From a virus (lineage: Duplodnaviria > Caudoviricetes): DNA of 56,351 bases. This document shows positions 27,383 through 35,001 of the stretch, piece by piece. Every line of letters starts with the position of its first letter. Positions within the stretch are counted from its first letter, which is position 1. The stretch is taken from the IMG/VR virus record IMGVR_UViG_3300012987_000010, positions 1-56,351 of that record; one strand, written 5' to 3'. The position numbers were made by a program, and so were the translations under genes. The notes beneath the pieces are model-generated. The model saw only the letters and a program-made list of their open reading frames with translations, did not search any database and was not told the origin of the DNA.

Positions 27383-27643
27383 TCATGCCGACTCGACCCG
27401 TTCCAGGTCGTACCGGAATCCACCGTCGATTGCGGTGCACCGACCGACGACGCGGTACCCGTGCGCGAGCAACCAGGGGTTCATGTTCTTCCGGGACGCC
27501 TCCCGGTCCTCCCAGGCGGACCGGTCGGCGGGAAGGTACAGATCGGCTCCCGGGTACACGGCCACGTAGAGGGTGGTCCGGTATCGGGTCTCGTCCAGCC
27601 CGGAGTGGATCCGGGTGGCGAACGTGTTCGGTTCGACGGCCAT
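27383..27643 (-). CDS. Hypothetical protein, paralog of 27099-27365
   Basis: AAGGAGCACACCATG start; YLPADRSAW...GGFRYDL. Confidence 0.7.
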   Translation of the reverse strand: MAVEPNTFATRIHSGLDETRYRTTLYVAVYPGADLYLPADRSAWEDREASRKNMNPWLLAHGYRVVGRCTAIDGGFRYDLERVESA

Positions 27644-27729
27644 GGTGTGCTCCTTGGGGTCGGTTGCTGTATGGACAGGATACGGCCCACCCCAGGTTAT
27701 TGTCAACACCTAGGACGGGCCGCTCGAAC

Positions 27730-28185
27730 CTACTCGCCCGCCTTCTCCCGCCACGCCGTGGCCGCCGCCTTCTTGGCCGCCGCCAGGGTGTGGATCGGGT
27801 GCAGGTGGTCCGCGTCCTCCGGGATCGGTTCGCCGACGCGGCGCCCCGTCGGGTATAGATCGACATACCAGATGCTGCGTCCGACCGGACTGATCCGGAC
27901 CAGGACCGTCAGGAGACTTTTCCCGGTCTTCCACTCCGGCGTGTAGACGGTGTAGAAGTACTCGCCGGTCGCCTCCTCCCGGCGCCACCATCCGGCCGAC
28001 CAGTCCGGCCGGGGGGCCTGCCCCCGCTCGATCGCCTTGTCCGCTTCGCGGACGTGTCGGAACAGCCGCTTGTACAACCGGTCGGTGTCCTCGTGGGAGT
28101 CCAGGTCACTGACCTGTCGACGTTCCATGTCGGCCACGATGTGGCGGACCTGGTCGGTGGTCAGGTATACGGCGATGTCGGTCAT
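27730..28185 (-). CDS. Hypothetical protein (151 aa)
   Basis: TGATG coupling to the upstream gene. Confidence 0.6.
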   Translation of the reverse strand: MTDIAVYLTTDQVRHIVADMERRQVSDLDSHEDTDRLYKRLFRHVREADKAIERGQAPRPDWSAGWWRREEATGEYFYTVYTPEWKTGKSLLTVLVRISPVGRSIWYVDLYPTGRRVGEPIPEDADHLHPIHTLAAAKKAAATAWREKAGE

Positions 28186-28436
28186 CAGAAGAACCGTGGC
28201 TCGGGGTACTCGATCGCGGTGCCGAACAGTCCCGATCCGATGGCCTTGATCGATTCGTCCAGATCGGCGATCAGGAAGGCGGCCTCCGCCGGCGTCATCT
28301 CCAGGTAGCAGACCCGACCGTCCGCCGTCCGCAGGCTCTGCCGGATCATCGGCGTGCCGTCGGCGGTCGGCGCGGCGTACGCCTGTCGGGGACCCCGGCT
28401 GGGCTCCAGCCACCACGGCTTCTTGTTCGGGGGCAT
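28185..28436 (-). CDS. Hypothetical protein (83 aa)
   Basis: AAGGAGCACACG-ATG start behind a promoter. Confidence 0.65.
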   Translation of the reverse strand: MPPNKKPWWLEPSRGPRQAYAAPTADGTPMIRQSLRTADGRVCYLEMTPAEAAFLIADLDESIKAIGSGLFGTAIEYPEPRFF

Positions 28437-28453
28437 CGTGTGCTCCTTCGTCC

Positions 28454-28578
28454 TCGTCGTTGCTGACACGACAGACGCTAGCCGATACACCTCATACTGT
28501 CAACACCAAATCCCGGGGATCCTGGTGTTGACAACGTGGGCCGGCTTCGCCTAGCGTCTGTCGTGTCAGCAACGACGA
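28454..28578. promoter_or_regulatory. Mirror-image divergent promoters with 28-bp perfect inverted arms
   Basis: tcgtcgttgctgacacgacagacgctag (28454-28481) / ctagcgtctgtcgtgtcagcaacgacga (28551-28578), with TGTCAACA and TGTTGACA between them. Confidence 0.8.
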
Positions 28579-28594
28579 CGGACCGGGAGCACTC

Positions 28595-29656
28595 ATGAGG
28601 CGGGCATACACCAGGGAACTTCGGGCGGCACAGGCGGCGGGCGCGACGATCGTCTGTTCCCTGGCCCCCTACGAGGGATACGAGGTCGTCCACCGCCCCC
28701 GGTTCACCGCCGACCCCAAGCCCTGGGTCCCGGTCGGCCTCGCCCCCGGATGCGAGTGGTACCGGCTGAACGGCCGGGAGTGCCACGCGGTACACCCGCA
28801 GGCGACGACCGATGCGGGGTGACCACTGTCGGTCCGCCGTCGGCAGGAGCGACCGGAGCGTCCATCTGACCGCCCCCGGGCAGGACCCTCCGACGCCGCT
28901 GTGCGTACCGCACCTGACGAGCGCCGGGGGTTACAAATTCGAGAAGTGTCGTGGGCCGGCCACCTGTAGGGCGTGCCGGTCCCTGGAGAGGAGACAACGA
29001 TGAAGTCGGACATCCGATGCAAGCTGACCAGGAGCGCCGGCGGACACACTCCGCATGTCCACCTGGTCGCCAGGAAGAACGGCCCCGTGCGTCCCCTGTG
29101 TGGCGGTCGCGGTGTGAACGCCGCGTCCACCTACGTGGTGACCGACGAGGACGTCACGTGCCCGACGTGCCTGAGGAAGGGTTGACGATGGAGAACTTCT
29201 CCGTGACCCGGGTGGGCGGCGAGGGTCAACCGTGGTACTGGCTGTGCCACCTGTTCAAGGACGACGGCCGTCCCTGCCGACGCAACGGCCGGGCGGTGGA
29301 CGCCGACACGGCGAAGGCCGCCGCAGCGGCGCACAGGGAGAAGGACCACTAGGTCCGCCGGACCCCGGATTGGGTGTTGACAACACACCGGTCCGGGGTC
29401 CACTCTTGTCGTGACAAGACCCCACGACAAGGAGCACACCGTGACGAGTGTCGAGATGACCCCGGAGACCCTGGCCCTGGCCGTGGACGACCTCAAGCGG
29501 GTGAAGGACCAGGGGTACATGGGACCGGCCTTGTATGTGGCATGGCAGGCCATGGACAAGGCCCTGTGGAACTGCGGGCGGCCGGAGCTGCGTGACCCGA
29601 AGGTGGTCGAGCGACTGCGCCGGGAGCGCTCCGCGTCGGCACTGCGCCGCGACTGA
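28595..29656 (+). other. Small hypothetical genes (28595-28822, 28812-29003, 29000-29185, 29188-29352, 29441-29656), mostly Cys/His Zn-finger-like
   Basis: Coupled starts; H..C..CxxC patterns. Confidence 0.6.
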
Positions 29657-29669
29657 ACCGGACCTGTGA

Positions 29670-29842
29670 GCCCCCGCCCACCCGGCGGGGGCTTTGCCGT
29701 GTCGGGGTGTTGACAGATAGCCGATGATCATGATAAACTGTCAACACACCAACCCTGCGCCGGCTCTACCGAGTGGTTGGAAAGTCGTCGGAGATTGGGT
29801 GTTGACAGTCCTGGCAAGACCGGGTAGTGTTTGTCATGTCAG
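29670..29842 (+). repeat. 173-bp direct repeat copy 1 (terminator + palindrome + promoter module)
   Basis: Matches 30886-31058 with two mismatches. Confidence 0.9.
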
Positions 29843-29870
29843 CAGGGAACACCACACGAAGGAGCACACC

Positions 29871-30281
29871 ATGAAGGCCCTCCAGTTCTCCGTATCCCGC
29901 ACCGGCTTCAAGATCGTGCACACCAACTCCGAGGGCAACCGTCACGCCTCCTGCGGGATCGTCGTCTCGAAGGTGCTGGACGCGGAGGAGTCGGCCCAGC
30001 GCATCATGGGCGGCGGGGCCCGGCTGTGCAAGAACTGCCTGCGGGTCAAGCCAGCCCGCGACCTGTCCGCCCCGGTCGTCCGGGACGAGCCGACCGACGT
30101 ATGGTCCGTGATCGACCGGGCCGGCAACGAGGTTACCCGGGTCTACGGAAAGACCCTGGCCGACGCCCGGAACGAGGCGGAGCGGGTGGACTACGTGCGT
30201 GAGGTCCGGTACGCGGAGGGTGGCTACGTTCTCCGGTGCCTGACCCGGTCCCAGCTGGAGTCGACCGCGTCCGCGAACTGA
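29871..30281 (+). CDS. Hypothetical Zn-finger protein (136 aa)
   Basis: AAGGAGCACACCATG start; VH...SCG...CKNC. Confidence 0.7.
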   Translation: MKALQFSVSRTGFKIVHTNSEGNRHASCGIVVSKVLDAEESAQRIMGGGARLCKNCLRVKPARDLSAPVVRDEPTDVWSVIDRAGNEVTRVYGKTLADARNEAERVDYVREVRYAEGGYVLRCLTRSQLESTASAN

Positions 30282-30353
30282 ACGTCTGACCCACCCGCAG
30301 ACCCGCCGCCGGGTCGTCCCCGGCGGCGGCCCGCCCACCCGAAGGAGCACACC

Positions 30354-30863
30354 ATGACCGCCAAGACTCCCCCGGCCAAGACCCCCACGGTCGCCGTGAC
30401 CCGCGCCCTCCGGCGCATGGGTCTGACCAACCGGGGCCCGCGCAAGGACTTCGGGATCATCGGCCACTACAACCGGGCCGGAGAGCGGCTGTACACCCTG
30501 GTCGTGATCTACTCGGCGCACGCGGCGCGCGTGGTGGCCGACTGCGCCGACCGGATCGAGGAGCTGACCTCCGAGGCGGGCTTCTCCTTCCGCGTGTCCG
30601 TGAGGCGGATCGAAGGGCTCTCCTTCCCGGACGTGACCATCGGCAACGGCGGGTCGGTCGCCTCGCTCCGTGAGTGGGACTCCACCGCCGATCGGGTCGT
30701 CGAACTGACGGAGTCGTCCTGGTCGACCGTCACCCTGGACGCGATCCTCCGCCGGCGGACCGGGTCGTCGTCCTGGAGCGAGACCGGACGCCAAGGTGTC
30801 TGTGAGGCCCTGGTGAAGGACGGCGTGACCCTGGGCATGGTCTACGACCTGAGCTTCGGGTAG
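30354..30863 (+). CDS. Hypothetical protein (169 aa)
   Basis: AAGGAGCACACCATG start. Confidence 0.7.
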   Translation: MTAKTPPAKTPTVAVTRALRRMGLTNRGPRKDFGIIGHYNRAGERLYTLVVIYSAHAARVVADCADRIEELTSEAGFSFRVSVRRIEGLSFPDVTIGNGGSVASLREWDSTADRVVELTESSWSTVTLDAILRRRTGSSSWSETGRQGVCEALVKDGVTLGMVYDLSFG

Positions 30864-30885
30864 CACCTCCCACGCGGCCCGTGAG

Positions 30886-31058
30886 GCCCCCGCCCACCCG
30901 GCGGGGGCTTTGCCGTGTCGGGGTGTTGACAGATAGCCGATGATCATGATAAACTGTCAACACATCAACCCTGCGCCGGCTCTACCGAGTGGTTGGAAAG
31001 TCGTCGGAGATTGGGTGTTGACAGTCCTGGCGAGACCGGGTAGTGTTTGTCATGTCAG
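30886..31058 (+). repeat. 173-bp direct repeat copy 2
   Basis: Offset 1216 bp from copy 1. Confidence 0.9.
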
Positions 31059-31089
31059 AGGGACACGGAAGACCACAAAGGAGCACACC

Positions 31090-31413
31090 ATGTCGAAGAA
31101 CCTCAGCGCCGCCGCCGTCAAGACCCTCACCACCATCTCCGCCGGCCCGGTCGACTGCTACGCACGCACCGCCGGGATCGACTGCCGGACGCTGAAGGCC
31201 CTGGTCCGCAAGGGCCTCCTGGTCAGGGTCGCGGGAGGCGACTACCGCCACGCGATCACCGAGGCCGGCCGCGCCGCGATCGCCCCGGCCGCTCCGGTCG
31301 CCGCCCCCAAGCCGGCCGCCTCCGGAATCATCTACCTGCCTGCCGACTACAAGCCGACGTTCATCGACAACGCGGGCCGCGTCCAGGAGCCCTGGTTCGG
31401 CATGGGCATGTGA
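31090..31413 (+). CDS. Winged-helix-like DNA-binding protein (107 aa)
   Basis: TLKALVRKGLLVR...HAITEAGRAAI. Confidence 0.55.
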   Translation: MSKNLSAAAVKTLTTISAGPVDCYARTAGIDCRTLKALVRKGLLVRVAGGDYRHAITEAGRAAIAPAAPVAAPKPAASGIIYLPADYKPTFIDNAGRVQEPWFGMGM

Positions 31414-31473
31414 TCCGCCCCCGACCCGAGAGCCCCGCACCCACCAGGGTGCGGGGCTCTCTCCCGGCGTTGA

Positions 31474-31549
31474 CCAACCATTCGGTAGAGCCGGCGCAGG
31501 GTTGGTGTGTTGACAGTCTATCATGATCACCGGTCATCTGTCAACACCC
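31474..31549 (-). repeat. Inverted partial third copy of the 173-bp repeat core
   Basis: Reverse complement reads gggtgttgacagat...tgatcatgata.actgtcaacacaccaaccctgcgccggctctaccga.tggttgg. Confidence 0.85.
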
Positions 31550-31676
31550 AGTTGCTGTGTCGACAGCGGGTACGATCGTGCCAGGTCGCGGGAGAGGAGG
31601 AGCCATGGCCGGAGTATGGGCGAAGCACGAAGGCCACCGGTGGAGGGTGACCTCCGCCGGTGGCCTTCGTCGTCCG

Positions 31677-31898
31677 TCAGGACTTGCGGATGTTGATCCG
31701 GTGCAAGTCGATGCCGTACTCGACCAGGGCGACGCACAGGCTCTCCCGGTCAATCCCGGCGTCGATCATGTCCTGGGCGTCCACGCGCTCCTCTGCGGCC
31801 AGCATCACGGCCAGGGTGGCGTTCGAGTAGGAGGAGTCGTGCATCTCGGTGACCGCTGCCTGGATCTCTTCGAAGGTCATTCCGGTGATGCCGCTCAT
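31677..31898 (-). CDS. Hypothetical protein (73 aa)
   Basis: AAGGGAGCACATC-ATG start; own promoter (TGTCAACA near 31964). Confidence 0.65.
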   Translation of the reverse strand: MSGITGMTFEEIQAAVTEMHDSSYSNATLAVMLAAEERVDAQDMIDAGIDRESLCVALVEYGIDLHRINIRKS

Positions 31899-31990
31899 GA
31901 TGTGCTCCCTTGTCCCCGCCGTTCCGTTCTGACATGACAGAGCCTATCGGGTATCGGCAGTACTGTCAACACCTAGGAGAGCGGGAATCC

Positions 31991-32668
31991 ATGATCCCTG
32001 TGCACGCCGTGATTGCCACCCACAACAGGCCCGACGACCTGCGGGATTGCGTCGCCGCGATTGCTCCCCAGGTGCACCACGTGATCGTGATCGACAACGC
32101 GAGTGATCCGCCGGTACGGTCGTCCGACGGGATCGACTGCCTGATTACGGACCACGATCAGCCACCCAACCTGTCGTTGCTGTGGAACCTGGGAATCGAC
32201 CGATCCGAAGGACTCGCGGGATTCAACGGTGCGACCCGCTGGGACACCCTGATCCTGAACGACGACTTCGTAGCCGGCCACGGCTTCGTGAACCGCCTCC
32301 AGAACGCGCTGCGCGCCGACCACGCCGCGATCGCCTCGCCGTACGCGTTCGGCCCCGGAGGTTCGGAGCGGGTGGACGTGTACGAGGCGCAGGGAACCCT
32401 GCGTGACCTGTCTACCCGGATGGCCGGCTTCGCCTTCATGATCCGAGGCGAATCGGGCCTGCGTCTGGACGAGCGGTTCCGCTGGTGGTACGGCGATGAC
32501 GATCTGGCCCAACAGGCGTGCGCCGCCGGCGGTCGGGTGGTGGTGCACGGCACCACCTGGGATCACCGTCACCCGGACCGGCAGAGCTACGAGCGGCCGG
32601 AACTGATGGAGCAGGCCGGCCGCGATCGATACGCGTTCGTGGCCAAGTGGGGATTCCAACCGTGGTGA
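31991..32668 (+). CDS. Glycosyltransferase family 2
   Basis: VIATHNR, VIVIDNAS, LNDD, GFAFMI, WYGDDD. Confidence 0.85.
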   Translation: MIPVHAVIATHNRPDDLRDCVAAIAPQVHHVIVIDNASDPPVRSSDGIDCLITDHDQPPNLSLLWNLGIDRSEGLAGFNGATRWDTLILNDDFVAGHGFVNRLQNALRADHAAIASPYAFGPGGSERVDVYEAQGTLRDLSTRMAGFAFMIRGESGLRLDERFRWWYGDDDLAQQACAAGGRVVVHGTTWDHRHPDRQSYERPELMEQAGRDRYAFVAKWGFQPW

Positions 32669-32730
32669 TCGCTTCACACTTGCTCCAAGTCTGGAGGCAA
32701 GCGGAAGCAACCTGGAGGCAGGGGAGAACA

Positions 32731-33255
32731 ATGCATCTTGAGGCATACCAGGCCGTGGGCTCCATGGTGGAGGCGTCCGGTTTGCGCTTGGACGGCGGGA
32801 CGCTGTTGGGACTCGACATCGGCGGTCGTGACGTCAACGGCACCGCGCGAGCGTGGTTCGGACCCGACACGACATGGCACGGTCTCGACATCCGCCCGGG
32901 CCCCGGTGTGGACATCGTGGCGGACGCCACGACCTGGACGGCGCCCACCGCATTGTGGGACGTGGTCCTGTCGACCGAATGCCTGGAGCACGTACAGGAG
33001 TGGCCGGGGATCATCTACGCCGCGTCGACCGCCTTGGACCCGGCGGGCCCGCAACTCGTGTTCATCACTGCCGCGTCCACCGGGCGTGGCGCGCACGGGG
33101 CGTCCGGGGAACACGTGCCGCCGGAGGGGGAGTGGTACGGCAACGTCACCCAGGAGGAGCTGGGGGCGGAGCTGGACCGGTGGTTCGAGTTCACCGCAGT
33201 CCGGTACAACCCGAACCCGGGCGACGTGTACGCGTGGGCGCAGGGGGTCCGGTGA
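32731..33255 (+). CDS. Class I SAM-dependent methyltransferase
   Basis: LDIGGRDVNG, GLDI, VDIVAD, STECLEH. Confidence 0.8.
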   Translation: MHLEAYQAVGSMVEASGLRLDGGTLLGLDIGGRDVNGTARAWFGPDTTWHGLDIRPGPGVDIVADATTWTAPTALWDVVLSTECLEHVQEWPGIIYAASTALDPAGPQLVFITAASTGRGAHGASGEHVPPEGEWYGNVTQEELGAELDRWFEFTAVRYNPNPGDVYAWAQGVR

Positions 33256-33533
33256 TCCTCTACGTCCTGGCGGTGGTCTGCGGCGCCACGTTCTGTGTCA
33301 CCAGAGTCATCACTCATAGCCGGTTGGTCGACGCCCCGCGCAAGTGGATCATCGATCACTCTCCGGAGATCATCGGATACTTCGTCCGGTGCACCTGGTG
33401 CGTGTCCGTCTGGGTGTCGGTCGGGGTCGTCCTGGTCGTCGATCGTTTTGCGACGGTACCTTTGCCCTGGGCGGTTGCCCTCACCGCGTCGGCCGTGACG
33501 GGGGTGGTGGAGTCGCACATCCCGGAGGAGTGA
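33252..33533 (+). CDS. DUF1360-like membrane protein
   Basis: Hydrophobic; CTWCVSVW motif; precedes the portal. Confidence 0.65.
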   Translation: MILYVLAVVCGATFCVTRVITHSRLVDAPRKWIIDHSPEIIGYFVRCTWCVSVWVSVGVVLVVDRFATVPLPWAVALTASAVTGVVESHIPEE

Positions 33534-33534
33534 C

Positions 33535-34998
33535 ATGGCGTGGTGGTCCCGACGGCGCAAGACCGCGCCCGACACTCCGGCCCTGACGGCCGCTTCCATG
33601 CCGGTGGACACGAAGCGTGGGACCACCGATCTGATCCGTCGGGCGGCCTGGCAGCACGACGCCTGGGGCTTCTACGAGACCGACGGCGAGTACACCTACG
33701 CGATCGACTGGGCAGCCCAGGCCATCTCGCGTATGCGACTGAAGGCCGCCAAGGTGGTGCCGGGATCGGACGAGCCGGAGATCCTGGACTCCGGCCCCGC
33801 CGTCGACTTGGTGGACGCCCTGGCCGGAGGAGTGGGTGGTCAGTCCGAACTGCTCCGCACCGCCACGGTCCTGCTCCAGGTCCCCGGGGACTCGTACGCC
33901 GTCGGTCGCCAGAAGGGCGCCGTCCAGGCATGGGACGTCTACGCCCCGGATGTCGTGCGCATGGCGCCCGGTGGGGGCTTCGAGATCCAGACGGCGGAGT
34001 CGGTCTACGAGCGATACGGGTCGGAGACCCTGCTCCTGAGGATCTACAACAAGGATCCGCGTCGACCCTGGTTGGCCCGGTCCCCCTCGCGCGCCTGCAT
34101 CGGTGTCCTGGGCGAGATCGACTTGATCAACCGCCAGATCGTCACCACCCTCACCAGTCGGTTGGCATCCAACGGCCTGCTGATCCTTCCACAGGAGATG
34201 AGTTTCGCCGGCACCGCCCAGAACGCCGACGGCCCCAGCGCGCTCATCCCCCAGTTGATCGAGGTAGCGTCCCAGGCGATCAAGAATCCCGGGTCCGCGT
34301 CGGCGGCGATCCCCATCCCGCTGTCCGTCCCGGGCCAGTACGCGGACGCGATCCGTCACCTGACCTTCGCCGGCCTCCTGGACGAGCGGATCGTCGACCT
34401 CCGGGACAAGTCACTCACCCGCCTGGCCCGATCCCTCAACGTCCCTGCCGAGATCCTGACCGGGGTCGGCGGCGTGAACCACTGGGGCGCCTGGCAGATC
34501 GAAGACTCCGCGATCAAGATTCACCTGTGCCCGATCGTGGAGACCTTCTGCGCCGGCTTCACCCAGGGATATCTGGTCCCGGGCCTGGAGGCCATGGGGA
34601 TCAAGAGCCAGGAGGAGGACGGCACCTCCTACGTCATGTGGTACGACAAGTCGGAGCTGGAGCAGAAGCCCGACCGGGGTGAACGTGCCACCCAACTCCA
34701 CGACCGCGTGGTCATCTCGGACGCGGCGCTTCGTGAGGCATCCGGGTTCGACGACCAGAGCGCGCCCACGCCGGAGGAGGCCAAGCAACAGATCCTCACT
34801 CGCCTGGCGTACAACGGGCAGATGATCACGGACGCCCTCAACGAGCTGACCGGCACCCCCTCAACCCCCGTGCCGGGTACCGACGGGTCTCCCACACCCG
34901 ATGCCGGTCCCATCTCTCCTGGGTCGGACGACCCCGGCACGGGCTTGATCATTCCGGACACGATCGCGGACATGCCTCCCCTCGCCCAGGACGCGTGA
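33535..34998 (+). CDS. Portal protein
   Basis: 487 aa, first gene of the head module; WQ..AW..Y, SRLASNGLL, NHWGAWQI motifs typical of actinophage portals. Confidence 0.8.
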   Translation: MAWWSRRRKTAPDTPALTAASMPVDTKRGTTDLIRRAAWQHDAWGFYETDGEYTYAIDWAAQAISRMRLKAAKVVPGSDEPEILDSGPAVDLVDALAGGVGGQSELLRTATVLLQVPGDSYAVGRQKGAVQAWDVYAPDVVRMAPGGGFEIQTAESVYERYGSETLLLRIYNKDPRRPWLARSPSRACIGVLGEIDLINRQIVTTLTSRLASNGLLILPQEMSFAGTAQNADGPSALIPQLIEVASQAIKNPGSASAAIPIPLSVPGQYADAIRHLTFAGLLDERIVDLRDKSLTRLARSLNVPAEILTGVGGVNHWGAWQIEDSAIKIHLCPIVETFCAGFTQGYLVPGLEAMGIKSQEEDGTSYVMWYDKSELEQKPDRGERATQLHDRVVISDAALREASGFDDQSAPTPEEAKQQILTRLAYNGQMITDALNELTGTPSTPVPGTDGSPTPDAGPISPGSDDPGTGLIIPDTIADMPPLAQDA

Positions 34999-35001
34999 TC
35001 C

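Noticed and set aside
29670-31549. Repeats as a CRISPR array or true integron
   Set aside because: Units are 173 bp separated by whole genes; no cas operon or tyrosine recombinase seen
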